Notes under the pieces: generated by a model
Told to the model about the DNA's origin: nothing
The model's database searches: none
What the model saw: the letters and a program-made list of their open reading frames with translations, nothing else
NCBI GenBank assembly: GCA_964016885.1
Contig: OZ024757.1
Coordinates: 10,850,001-10,914,000 of the forward strand
Direction: 5' to 3'
DNA: 64,000 nucleotides
From: Eledone cirrhosa
Lineage: Eukaryota
Made by a program: the position numbers and the translations under genes
Part shown: positions 51,362 to 64,000 of the stretch, in pieces
How the letters are laid out: each line of letters begins with the position of its first letter
Numbering within the stretch: the stretch's first letter is position 1

Positions 51362-51740
51362 TCATCATCATCATCATCATCACCGTTTTACGTCCGTTCT
51401 TCCACGCTAGCATGGGTTAGACGTGTTGTCCTGTTGTGGTCAGTGTCTGGTCGGCTGACCATGCCTTGCTCATACAGAAACTGATTTGGCTTGATTTCTA
51501 CAGCTGGATGCCCTTCCTAACACCAACCTCATTTACAGTGAGTGCTGGGTGCTTTTTCGTGGCGCCTACATGTCCACTTTACAGTGCGGGCTGGGTGCTT
51601 TTTTGCCGTGGCACCTCCACGACCACCTTGCAGTGGGGGGTGTGGGGGCATATTGTCTATATGCTTCAGCTTGTAACCATGGGAGGTCGGATACTCTGTA
51701 TTACTGCGTGACGCCAGAGGTCATGGTCGTGTGTCATCGC
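51362..51740 (-). mobile_element. RTE family-1-related 3' tail
   Basis: (CAT)n followed by the reverse complement of about 55370-55741. Confidence 0.85.
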
Positions 51741-51849
51741 TACCACCACCACCACCACCACTACCACCACCACTACCACCAGCACCACCACCACTACCAA
51801 TATCATTATTTCTATACATTTCAATGAGTTTTGCGTCTTTATATACACG

Positions 51850-52092
51850 TATATATTTATTATACATACATACACATGTATGTATATATATATATACACA
51901 TATCAACACAGACAAAAGGTATAAATGTAGTATATATGTATATATTTATTATACATACATACATATGTATATATATATATATATATATACATCTCAACAC
52001 AGACAAAAGGTATAAATTTAGTGTATCTGTATATATTTATTATACATACATATACATACATATACATATATATATGTTTATTATACATACAT

Positions 52093-52154
<62 letters not shown>

Positions 52155-52219
52155 ATATATATATACACGTATCAACACAGACAAAAGGCATAAATGTAGT
52201 ATATATGTATATATTTATT

Positions 52220-52282
<63 letters not shown>

Positions 52283-52290
52283 TATACTGC
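51850..52290. repeat. Degenerate minisatellite (tcaacacagacaaaagg.ataaat.tagt plus TA/CA spacer)
   Basis: Core at about 51902, 51994 and 52172. Confidence 0.7.
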
Positions 52291-52379
52291 TATGACCTCA
52301 TTTCTTTAGAAATTAACTAAAGATATTTATATTCTTACATACAATTACAGAACTAGTTTCGTTCAGTGAAAGAATTAAT

Positions 52380-52414
<35 letters not shown>

Positions 52415-52432
52415 GTGACGAAACATAAGTCA

Positions 52433-52640
52433 TAGAGTGGGTAATAGGAAAAAGTATGACCCCGACGGCAGAGCTCAAACTTTTTCGACGGCTAATTCTG
52501 GACTGAAATAGCCGTCGAAACGGCTTCAGCTCTGCCGTCGGGGTCATACCTTTTCCTATTACCCACTCTACTACCCTAAGTATTAAGTACTCTGGTGCGT
52601 TATGGTCCATCTGGTTCCTTACCACAATTCCTTCGTTATA
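52433..52640. repeat. Fold-back (52433-52570) of a PLE pLTR-like tail; related copy at 47941-48080
   Basis: About 60-bp arms around attctggactgaaa; shared motifs gtcgaaac, tcggggtc and aacgcaccagagtact. Confidence 0.75.
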
Positions 52641-52706
52641 TATATATATATATATAGAGAGATATATATATAAATAAATGGAAACTATATTTATAAAACG
52701 ATATTT

Positions 52707-52770
52707 ATTTTATTATATATATTTCAAGGGCAACCAAGGCAAATTATGGTGCGCTTTCATCAGATAAAAT
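52707..52770 (-). ncRNA. Type I hammerhead ribozyme with canonical core
   Basis: ATTTTAT / CTGATGA / AAGCGCACCA-10nt-TGGTTGCCCTT / GAAA-TATATA-TA / ATAAAAT. Confidence 0.8.
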
Positions 52771-53255
52771 ACAGATTTGTTTTATCAATAAATATTGAGA
52801 TACCGGGAAAAAAAGACAACCTTAACGGTTGGAGCTTCCTGGATAGTGGGGATAATATTTTATTGAGGGTAATACAAAGTTATGAGGGAGTATGCAAATG
52901 AGTGTCCGAAAAGTTGAAAAGATAACGGTTTATTTAAATTTAACTGTTGGAAGAAGATGATATGTAAGGGAGAGAGAAAAAAAGAAAAGGAAGGAGAAAG
53001 AGAGAAGAGGAAAGAAAGAACGATTATACATAGTGATAGTGGAGATAGACAGAGTGAATGTTGAGTGCTTTATATCAGTTATAAAAATGTTTAAGCTTGT
53101 TGAATCCCAACAAATTAAATATAACCTCTGCATATATATATATATTTACAAATTAAATGAAGAATTAGAAAGAGAAGCCAGGACTATCCATCATCAATGA
53201 TCTACTAGCCATCATAGGTATTTCTTTACATTAAAGACCAAAATATATATATATA

Positions 53256-56200
53256 TCATCATCTTCGTTTAACATCTATCTTCCATGCTAGCATGGGTTA
53301 GACGGGAAATGTCCCACTTGGGGCAAGATTCATCGGGTGACCGTGTCTAGCTCGTATAAGACTGTATCTGGCAGGTTTTCTACAGCCGGATGCCCTTCCT
53401 AACACCAATCACATTTACAGTGTGGACTGGAAGCCTTTTTTACCGTGTTACCTACACGACCACTTTACAACATGGACTGGGTGCTTTTTTGTCGTGACAC
53501 CCATACAACCTCTTTAGTTTGGACAGGATGTTGTGGTACCAACATAACTTTACAGAGACAGGGTGGTGTTGGTGGGAGCTGGAGGATGGAGTAGGGGTAG
53601 TGGGTTGGGGTATATATTTGGTTAGGAGGAGCCTACTGACTGTAGGTTTCACTTTGTACATAGGGAAGGCGGGTCTTCTGTATTACTGTGTAGCGCCAAA
53701 GGTCTCGATACAGTGACATTGTCTTAGAGAGGTGTAAGTGTGCAAGGTTGGATTTTATGTCGTCCCATGTTTTTTCTGGGTCTACCTACTCCGTAACTTC
53801 CATCAATTTTGATCACCCTGCACTTTTTTATAAAGCTGTCATCTTTCAGGCGCATCACATGACCATACCAACGTAATCTTCTGTCAAGGAAACAGCATCT
53901 GATCCCTTTGCCGTCTCACTGCCATGTAGCATTGCTGTTCGTATACAAGCATCATACAATCAGCCTTTCATTTTTAGAGAGAAACCTTTAGTGATCAATA
54001 GTGGTATAAGCTCTCTGAACTTTTTCCATCCCGTTCTGACTCAGGCTACTGTACTTTCAAAACACCCTCCTCCATTGCTGATCCTGTCACCCAGGTAACG
54101 GAGAGTGTCCACTATTTCTATAGAACCATCTGAGCAGTAGAAGGAGCTAGTGTCCTGTGGGCACTTGCTACCTACTGCACATGAGCATTAGCAACACATA
54201 TAATCTACATTTTTAGATAGCTTACCTGTGATCCCACTACATCTTTTATGTACCCATAGTTTGCATTTTGGGCATAGGAATAACATTTCTACCTACTCCT
54301 TTCCTACACACTGAGCAAGGCCATGTCCCAGAGGGCACCTGTTTTCCTATTTTCCTTTCTACAAACTAGAACTTTAGTCTTAGATAAGTTAATTTTAAGG
54401 CCTTTTGATTCAAGGCCATGCTTCCATGTTTGGAATTTCTTCTCTAGTTCAGCCAAAGATTCAGCTATGAGAGTTAGATCATCTGCATATAGAAGTTCCC
54501 ATGGGTAATAATAAACAGGAGGGGGATAAGGACGGAGCCTCTATAAACATCTACTTTTATGCTAAATTCTTCACTGTATTCATTGTTAATTCTCACCTTG
54601 CTGACTGTTTCTTTATACATGGCTTGTATAGCTCTCACAAGCCTAGTTTTCTAAGTACTTCTCCTGTAGTTTTCGTACAATGAGAAGGGCATCCATGGTA
54701 CTTTTACCTGGCACAAACCCAAACTGCATTTCATCTATATCAATTCGATCTCTGATTAGTTGTGCAATAACTCTTTCTGTGACCTTCATGACCTGGTCAA
54801 CTACCTTAATGCCTCTATAGTTTACCCTATCTAGGGCACCCCTTTACCCTTGTAGCAGTTAATGATGATGCTGCTATACCAGTCATTTGGTATGATGCCA
54901 TTCTGTATTACTTGGTTTTCTATCCGGGTGACCATAGTGTGTCCCACCATTCCAGATGCTTTCAACATCTCAGCAACTATCTCCAAAGATCCAGCTGCCT
55001 TGCCTGTCTTCATATCTTTGATTGCCTTACTTATCATACTACGATTAACTTGCACCGCTGGTCCTTCTATTGGATCGATTTGGGGCAGACTATCTTTTCC
55101 CATTTATTCTCCTCATTTGCTCCGATGGATGTGTAATAGTAATATACGCGAACGACAAAGCGTAAATGAATTGAGAGAGAGACTGAGCATAAGAGGAATC
55201 AAATGATGTGTGCAGGAGAGGCGGTTGCGTTGGTATGGACATGTGATGCGTATGAAGGATGACAGCTGCATAAAAAGGTGCAGAGCACTAGAAGTCAATG
55301 GAAACCGTGGAGTGGGGAGACCTGGGATGAGGTGATAAAAGCCGACCTTACCCAATTACACCTCTCCAAGGCGATGACACGACCGTGTCCTCTGGCGTCA
55401 CGCAGTAATACAGAGTACTCGACCTCCCATGGGTACAAGCTGAAGCATATAGACAATATGCCCTTACACCCTCCTACTGCAAGGTGGTCGTGGAGGTGCC
55501 ACAGCAAAAAAGCACCCAGCCCACACTGTAAAGTGGACGTGTAGGCGCCACGGAAAAAGCACCCAGCACTCACTGTAAATGAGATTGGTGTTAGGAAGGG
55601 TATCCAGCTGTAGAAATCATGCCAAATAAGTTCCTGTATGAGCAAGGCATGGTCAGCCGACCAGATACTGCCCACAACAGGACAACCCGTCTAACCCATG
55701 CTAGCATGGAAGAACAGACGTAAAACGGTGATGATGATGATTCAGTAGCCTTTCGTAGGTACACTTCCAAGCTAACTTCTTATCAGTATCAGTGAGGGCA
55801 AGTACACCATCATCATGACAGACACACTTCTCCCCAACAATATCACAGTTTTCCTTGACACATTGTCTTGCAATCCTGAACACCTCACGTTGTTGGTCCT
55901 CGCATTGTAGAATATACTTGAACTTTCTATCCTCTGCTTCCCTCCTTGTAAGGTACACTTGTCTCCTAGCTTCTCTCCTGGCCTCTCGATTGGGTTTTCT
56001 ACTTCCGCCATACTTTCCAAGCCTTCTTTCTGGCCTTGATTGACTCCTCCACCTTACTGTTCCACAACCAAGTTACTCTTCTGCCTAAAGGTCTGCTCCA
56101 GCCACAGATTTCATCTGTCGCCTTCAGCAGGTTTAACTTTCAGGAATTCACACTGTTCCTCTATATTGTACGTCTCTAATTGCTCTTCTTTACTGTCAAA

Positions 56201-56552
56201 AGCATCAAGTAATATGCTTTTAAATTTGTGACTAGCTGTGGGGTCCTTCAATTCCATATTCTTCTCCTAAGTGTAGTCTCCTGTTGTCGAGTACATCTAG
56301 TCCTGACTATGAGGTCACTAACTATAAGGTTATGTTGGGAGGTGCATTCTTCATGGGGTAGGGACTTAGTGTTTACAACAGACACTCTGTCACATCTTCT
56401 GGTATGGATATACTCTACCTGGCTGGTGTCTTTCCCTGATCTACAGGTGATCAAGTGATTGTCTCATTTTTTGAAGTTTGTGTTACAGATAGTTAGGTTA
56501 TTAGCATCACAGAATTCCAGGATCCTGAAGCTTCCCCATTTCTAGTACCAAA
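53256..56552 (-). mobile_element. RTE family-1 LINE with internal deletions, split by a nested opposite-strand RTE 3' fragment (55119-55741, plus)
   Basis: Host reads ..ttctcctcattt | insert..(GAT)n | ttcagtagcctttcgtag, contiguous in the copy at 12801-12828. Confidence 0.88.
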
Positions 56553-56699
56553 ATTAAAATTGCTAAGATAACAAAAACATCTTACCTTATCAAATTTAAT
56601 AATCCCAAATATTTTCAGGTTTAAAAACCCATTATCAAGGGAGCATCTCTATGATAGACTTAAAGGATCAATCAGAGTTGACTTGGAAGGCAGATTTAA

Positions 56700-57495
56700 G
56701 TTAAATCTGCCTTCATACAAGTCAACAATTATTTCACCTCAATTGGCCCCGCTTTCTTTAACTTTACACCAAAACACATTAAAACAGAAACAGACCCCAT
56801 AAAGTTCAACCAACCAGAACTTGACACCCTCAAATCCAACAGGTAGACCTTCAGTCTAGATGTAGTATCCCTCTACACATCGGTACCTGCACTCCTGGCA
56901 GTGGACATACTCATTGAATTTGTTGGTTTCAGCGACCTGGATTGTTTCGGCCTCACCACCACCAACATCCTCCAACTCCTATACATCATTGTAAACAACG
57001 CATTTTTCAACTTCCTGGGACAAACCTACTGACAGACCTTTTGGCTACCCAAGGGATCCAGCCTCTCAGGTTTACTGGTCATTTCATATATGAACAGGCT
57101 TGAACGCTGAGTACTCAGCTCCTGTGACACCTGCACTTGCTTCACTAGATATGTGGATGATATACTCATCCTCACATCCACCAAGGAGAATGCCAACAAG
57201 ATTTTCGAATATTTCAACAATGATGACAATAACATCAAGTTCAGCATCAAACATCCCACCGACTCTAGGTCCCTTGCTTTACTTGATTTCAGAGTGAGCA
57301 TCTCTGATAGCGATGAAATCCACACCAATTTCGACCACAAAGCGGCCAGCAGGGACCTGTTTGTGCATTACAAATCTGCCCTCCCCAACAGCTCTAAAAG
57401 AGGGTACATCTTCAACAAAATGGCTCGCATGTGCAACGGATGCAGCGACGCTGCTAATATAACCACCCATATCAGACGATTCCACAAGGTACTCT
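56700..57495 (+). mobile_element. Degenerate Penelope-like RT fragment
   Basis: FSLDVVSLYTSVP, NAFFNFLGQTY*Q..GSSLSG, RYVDDIL, IKFS, ALLD, VHYKSALP. Confidence 0.85.
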
Positions 57496-57565
57496 GTCAT
57501 ACAATTCTAATTCGTCTTCTTTCTTGTCATACACATCTTGTAGGGCTTTCTAAATTTATATTTTA

Positions 57566-58030
57566 GTGAAATGACAGCTACATAAAAAGGTGCAGAGCAC
57601 TAAAAGTCGATGGAAGTCTTTGAGTGGGGAGACCCAAGAAGACCTGGGATGAGGTGATAAAAGCTGACCTTGACCAATTGCACCTCTCAAAGGCGATAAC
57701 ACAGGACCGAGACCTCTGGCGTCACGCAGTAATACAGAAGACCTGACTTCCCACAGGTACAAGCAGAAGCTGAAACATATAGACAATATGCCCCCACCCC
57801 CTCCCACTGTAAAGTGGTCGTGGAGGTGTCATGGAAAAATACCCAGCACTCACTGTAAATGAGGTTGGTGTTAGGAAGGGCATCCAGCTGTAGAAATCAA
57901 GCCAGAATCAGTTCCATGTGAGCAAGACAAGGTCAGCCGACTTGACACTGCCCACAACAGGACAACCAGTCTAACCCATGCTAGCGTGAAAGAATGGACC
58001 TAAAACGGTGATGATGGTGGTGATGATGAT
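57566..58030 (+). mobile_element. RTE family-1-related 3' fragment
   Basis: Similar to 55255-55741; (GAT)n tail. Confidence 0.85.
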
Positions 58031-58373
58031 AAGGATATATATATATATATATATATGTTTATATATATATATGTTTATATATATATATGGAGATAGACAC
58101 ATTATTATTACTATTATGATGGGCGGTAGCAGTAATTGGTAGAGCATCAGACAACATATTTAGTGGCATAGAGTTACAACCTTTTAATTTCTGAGTTCAA
58201 ATCCCATCGGTCTAAGGGTGTGTATGTGTGTCTATATAAATATATATATGACATTTATGTTATGTTGTAGAACCAGTAATTCTGGTTCACAAATGATGCA
58301 ATTAAATTGCTCAGTTATTGTTATTTTGGGGGAAGGTCATGTCTCCTATTTGCCAAATAATAGGAAATTGCAC

Positions 58374-58448
58374 TCACTTTAGCTGCTACAACTATTCACA
58401 GATTTTCATTTCTAAATTCTATTATTAAAATTTTGATTTTTTTTTTAT

Positions 58449-58485
<37 letters not shown>

Positions 58486-58592
58486 ACATATATGTTAACA
58501 CTTTGAGAATCTATTTTATAAAAAAAAAATCAAAATTTTAATAATAGAATTTAGAAATGAAAATCTGTGAATAGTTGTAGCAGCTAAAGTGA
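58374..58592. repeat. 80-bp inverted repeat around a TA microsatellite
   Basis: tcactttagctgctacaac...ataaaata / tattttat...gttgtagcagctaaagtga. Confidence 0.85.
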
Positions 58593-58595
58593 TAT

Positions 58596-59585
58596 TTAGA
58601 TATTTTTCTAAGGTTGAGTTATTTTATTTTTATCTGGGTGCCTATTGATAAACACAGCAAAAGTTGATTAACTCACTGCTAATTAGTTAATTATTTTACT
58701 ATTATACCATCCTTTGTGAAACATATTTGAAGTTTGAAGTTCTGACCGATCTGCGGAAAAAGTTTGTATTTTGAATTTTAAACGAGTCTAGGTACCAAGG
58801 CTTTTTGCCCATATGAGTCTGTGAGTATTGATTTATTATTTTCTAGATCGTACAGGCAGACCTTATGTTGTTGAATTAAGATTTTTCACTCTAGCGATCT
58901 TATTAGTCAATTGCAACTATAACATGTAAATGTTCATCAAATATTAATTTATACTGCTCAGAAGCAATTCCTAGAGCTGAAATGATTGTAAATGACCTCT
59001 CTGAGTCTAAACTCTAAGCTATTTATCACTGCTCCCCAAGGTGAGCTGAATTTTGTAATCCCATACAAACGGCTGTTATTTCTAGCACTATGTGTGGGAC
59101 GTTAGAGGACTGGAATAAGCCGTGTGCAAAACCTCGTGTATTTTCGCTACGCTAACCAGACCTTAGATATTTTTCTAAGGTTGAGTTATTTTATTTTTAT
59201 CTGGGTGCCTATTGATAAACACAGAAAAAGTTGATTAACTCACTGCTAATTAGTTAATTATTTTACTATTATACCATCCTTTGTGAAACATGTTTGAAGT
59301 TTGAAGTTCTGACCGATCTGCGGAAAAAGTTTGTATTTTGAATTTTAAACGTGTCTAGGTACCAAGGCTTTTTGCCCATATGAGTCTGTGAGTATTGATT
59401 TATTATTTTCTAGATCGTACAGGTAGACCTTATGTTGTTGAATTAAGATTTTTCACTCTAACGATCTTATTAGTCAATTGCAACTATAACATGTAAATGT
59501 TCATCAAATATTAATTCATACTGCTCAGAAGCAATTCCTAGAGCTGAAATGATTGTAAATGACCTCTCTGAGTCTAAACTCTAAG

Positions 59586-59593
<8 letters not shown>
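58596..59593 (+). repeat. 567-bp tandem repeat (about 1.76 copies) ending in (TA)n, with a hammerhead-like motif per unit
   Basis: 58596-59026 matches 59163-59593 with few substitutions; TTGATAA..GAAA-CATG-TT at 59212-59294. Confidence 0.85.
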
Positions 59594-59630
<37 letters not shown>

Positions 59631-59633
<3 letters not shown>

Positions 59634-62600
59634 TAGCGAGGTTTTTTATATGAAATCGTGTGTCGAAACAGATATTGTTATATTTGCGTAATATTGCCAG
59701 AATTAATAACAGAACACACTCACTGTTTGGTTGGTTTTCGCTTCTCGCTGTCTTTTATATCTGCGATCTAACTTACTCGGTCCTCAATGTTGCCATTGAC
59801 TGACCGACGGTCAAAAATAATACAGATACAATATAGACACAAACACATATATATAGTTTACATAATTTACATAAATCTTTCGTTGCACATCTGCAACATC
59901 GTCAGTGGTGTTATATTTTTTTCCTCCTGTTGTGTTATATGTCTACGCCATTTTTTAAATTTTTTTTTATTCAGTCTGTCTATATATTTATTTATTTATT
60001 TGCTTGTTTGTTTATTTTATTTTATTTTGTCTTCTTTGCGCATGCGTTTGCGTGTGTGTATAGTGTTATGTGTGCTGTGTGACTAGTGTGTATAGTGTTG
60101 TGTCTGCTGGGTGACTAGTGTGTGTTTATGTGCTTGTTGTTATTGTGCTTGTGTATGTATTTATTTATCTTATTTTATTTTATTTTATTTATTTACTTAT
60201 TTATACTTCTCTTAGGTCAGTGTTGTTTGTTTGGGTGTTGTTGTTGTTCCACTCATTCTTTCTGTTTAGCTTTGGTCTTCTAATTTCTATTTCACTGGCC
60301 TCTCTGATTTGCCTATCTGCTGGGTCATTCCTATGTTTAGATATTATTCTAATTTCTATGTTATCTATGTTACCGTCATGTTGTTGTCTAGCATGTTCGT
60401 ATAGTACTGATCCGTTTTTTCGTCCTTTTAGTTCCCCCCAGTGTTGGTCTATCCTTTCACCTATGCTACGAGCTGTCTCACCTATGTATATTGTTGTCAT
60501 GTTTCTGTAAGTACCCTCTGTACATCTTATGCTATAGACTACGTTTCTTGTTTTACAGTTTACCCGGGGGTTCACCTTACATATGATACATTTCCTATTG
60601 GTACAGTGGGTTTTCTTAAAAGGGTAGGTTTTGCTGATCAGGGATTTTATGGTGGTTCCTGGCTTTTCTACCACCTTTATTTTTAAGTGGGTCTTTCTCA
60701 GGGCCTTTCTACACTGGTTAGCTAATTTCCCCCGAGGGGTGGCGTCCACAAACATGACACTCTGATATCTCTGGTTGTCGTACCATGATGTGGCCTTCCC
60801 TATCTTATGTCCAGCCCTATCTAAGCTATTCCATGATTTGCTCCTGTATAGTGGGCAAATTCCTTTCATGTCCAGTTCTATGAGGGTCTTATATTTTTCC
60901 ATGGCTCCTTCGTATACTCTGACTCTGTCTCTTTGGATGTAGCGAGAGAACTGCATGCGGTTGATGAAGTGTTGGATGTGTCTTTCCATTTCTGTTGGGT
61001 CGCACATGCTGGACACATTCTTCATCACTCGTACCAAATCTGCGATCGGAATATTAAACTTAGCACTACTGGACATTGCTGAGTTTTTGAGTATCAGGTA
61101 TTTGGAGGCCATGGGTTTAGCATAGTATGAGTGGAGAATTTGGGCTCTCTCGTCTATAGTGTTAATCCAGAGTTCTGTGTCTAATACAGGTAGTCTATTG
61201 TTAGGGTGTTTGGAAGGGAAGTCGATAGTTACAGTTATACTCTGGTGTATGGAATTAGCTATCTGCTGGATGCTTTCCATCGTGCTACGTTCTAAATCAA
61301 ACTTGTTAGTGCTCTCTAGTGGGGGTGTTCTTATAACTATATTGATATCGTCTACATAACGAGAGTACATGATGAGGTCTATGGAGCTTTCATTAAGGAG
61401 ATCTTTAAGTCTCCTTTCCCACCATACCATGAAAAGGTTGTCAACATCACCAGCTATGCTGACGCCGATGGCTGCTCACTCATTTTGGGTGTAGATTTTC
61501 TCATTGAAGTTAAATATGTGGCCCTTTAGGGTAGTTTTGATACTAGCCCCTATTGCATGTGCGACCATTTTTCTTACCTGATCAGTGTTTTGGGGGGTCC
61601 GTATAGCTTTGGTCCACCCAATCGACCTTCCTATGGGAGTCTTTTTGCCATTGAGGTTATGGTGGGGGGTCTACCTCTTATAGGTCTACTAGGGCAGAAA
61701 CATCTAAGGTCATGGCTGTCTAGGTAGTCAGTGTCGTAGGTAAGTCTAAGTAGGAGGCCCAGTTCGTCTGTGTCGACGTCGCAGAACTCCACCTCACTCT
61801 CAATGATCAACTCCACACATCTTTTCACAGCAAAATCAATGTTAATGGATGGGTACAGTGACACCACATCCATGCTACCTATTATGCAGTTGGATAGGCT
61901 CCTGTTTTTGTTGCACTCACTGATTCTGCTGAGGAGGTCCTCTGTACTTTCACATACATCTGGGGACATCTTGATTATGGGGCGTATAACCATTGAGAGG
62001 AAGTAGGAGATCCTGTAGTTGCTAGCTATATTAGCTCCGCATACGGGTATTGTTGGTGGTCCTGTTGTCGGGTCGTCGACTGTCTTGTGGTCTTTGCGGA
62101 GCCCATACAAGTTGGTATGCCATTGTTAGACGCCTGGAAGTTGTTGGCAGTGCGTCTGCTTGGCTTTAGGATGTCAGTCCACATCATCATGTGAGCGTTG
62201 AGCATTTTTTCTCTCCCATCGTGTGTTTGTTGTGCAACTTCGCTCGTGTTGGTGATGTGGGGTTGCATAGCCTCGATGTAGTTCAGCATGCTATCTATTG
62301 ACATCCTACCAGACTTATCTGTGGGTAGACACACTACCTCACCATCCCTTGTGCGCTGCTTGAGGCTAACCAAGCCTTCTACAGGTTTTCTCCCAAGTTG
62401 TTGGGCCTCTGGTCTGCTCTGTCTCTTAGTATACCTGTCTACTACTTGTCTAATCTTATTTCTAGCTATGGTGAACTGTGCCTCCGTCTCGTCATCTATT
62501 TGCTGTGGTATGCAAACTCTTTTATTAAAGGGTAACCTCGTAGGATAGATATTACCCATCTTATATTTTTTGTCAGCTGGGTTGAAAAATGGTTTCTCTA

Positions 62601-63976
62601 AGGGGTTGTCATTATATCTATCGTCATAGTTGTGTGTGTTGCTATTGTTGTTTCTATCATTAGCATTATTATTATTGTTATGATTGCTAGATGTATTGTT
62701 GTTTACTTCACCGTTATTGTTGTTGTTGTTACTGTTATTTCTATCATTGTGGTTGTTACTATTATTATGTTTCTTGTTTTTGTTGATGTTGCTACATGTA
62801 CTATTTCCATTATTACCACTGTGGTTATTGTTGTCGTTGTTCGTATTGTTACCGTTATTACTACTGTGGTCACTGTTGCTGTGTCTGTGGTTAACGTTTC
62901 TATTATTATTATTATTGTGGTTGTTGTTGTTCCGTCTATCGCTAGTATTATTGCCTTTATCACTATTTCTCACTTTCCTGCCATTGTTATGGTTATGGCT
63001 GTTATTTCTATACCCAGAGTTATTGTTTATATTACTACTACCGTTATTATTGTTGTTGTTGTTTACCTTTGCATTCCAACGTATTTTTGTGAAACACTTT
63101 TCCAGCTCCGTTTTGCATTCCATAGGGTTAATCTTTTTATAGATGGCAAATTTTGGTGGTAACCGTAGGATTTGTTGTTCTTATTCACTGATTAAAGTGT
63201 TCCCATAGATATTTACTGTGTGGTCATTGGTAAATTCTTCCGGTAGTTTTACATCAGTCATACGGATATTGTCGATGTTATCTGGGTATGTTATCATAGG
63301 AATGACCCAGCAGATAGGCAAATCAGAGAGGCCAGTGAAATAGAAATTAGAAGACCAAAGCTAAACAGAAAGAATTAGTGGAACAACAACAACACCCAAA
63401 CAAACAACACTGACCTAAGAGAAGTATAAATAAGTAAATAAATAAAATAAAATAAAATAAGATAAATAAATACATACACAAGCACAATAACAACAAGCAC
63501 ATAAACACACACTAGTCACCCAGCAGACACAACACTATACACACTAGTCACACAGCACACATAACATTATACACACACGCAAACGCATGCGCAAAGAAGA
63601 CAAAATAAAATAAAATAAACAAACAAGCAAATATATAAATAAATATATAGACAGACTGAATAAAAAAAAAAAAAAAAAAAAATGGCGTAGACATACAACA
63701 CAACACGAGGAAAAAAATATAACACCACTGACGATGTTGCAGATGTGCAACGAAAGATTTATGTAAATTATGTAAACTATATATATGTGTTTGTGTCTAT
63801 ATTGTATCTGTATTATTTTTGACCGTCGGTCAGTCAATGTCAACATTGAGGACCGAGTAAGTTAGATCGCAGATATAAAAGACAGCGAGAAGCGAAAACC
63901 AACCAAACAGTGAGTGTGTTCTGTTATTAATTCTGGCAATATTACGCAAATATGACCCTCCCCAAGTATAACAATA
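59631..63976 (-). mobile_element. Penelope-like retroelement (RT plus GIY-YIG endonuclease) with inverted pseudo-LTR at 63295-63976
   Basis: PTDKSG, YGLRKDHK, SMDVVSLYPSI, RYVDD, LPVLD, CxxxxCxxC linker, NVVYSIRC..IYIGET.R..REASEI..PKLN. 63295-63976 is the reverse complement of about 59672-60335. Frameshifts and one TGA present. Confidence 0.93.
63725..63764 (+). ncRNA. Hammerhead motif in the PLE pLTR (mirror copy at 59869-59908, minus)
   Basis: CTGACGA / tGTTGCA-GATG-TGCAAC / GAAA-GATT-TA; stem I only 2 bp. Confidence 0.6.
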
Positions 63977-64000
63977 TATATATATATATATACATATATA

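Noticed and set aside
50226-51484. Long YI/YM-rich ORFs (also at 2-4 kb and 52 kb)
   Set aside because: Translations of TA/CA microsatellites.
61476-61478. In-frame TGA in the PLE RT as possible selenocysteine
   Set aside because: Falls at the conserved Gly of the Q-x-x-G motif (likely GGA to TGA), the copy is also frameshifted, and no SECIS was seen.

Overview
Eukaryotic, AT-rich, repeat-dominated genomic DNA. The TA/CA microsatellite load, SINE/LINE families and HTGEKPFHCEICGKSF-type zinc fingers suggest an octopus or other coleoid cephalopod (inference). Host-gene content is small: one RING-finger exon (minus strand, 12-154) and a decaying C2H2 zinc-finger ORF (10123-10566). The rest is mostly transposon-derived: about ten RTE-clade LINE fragments, a near full-length Tx1/L1-clade LINE plus two truncated relatives, a second RTE element, Penelope-like elements (PLEs), tRNA-derived SINEs, a non-autonomous Helitron, a TA-TSD MITE, and satellites grown out of LINE and SINE tails. 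The standout is a 4.75 kb array (14596-19345) of apparently identical 591-bp units in two divergent arms inside a (TA)n tract. Each unit carries a type I hammerhead ribozyme motif with a U3:A8 core and an expanded stem II, making it a candidate retrozyme / circular-RNA-templated element. Several further PLE-type hammerhead loci, mostly in fold-back insertions, are scattered across the window. All RNA structures were paired by eye; no folding or database search was run.
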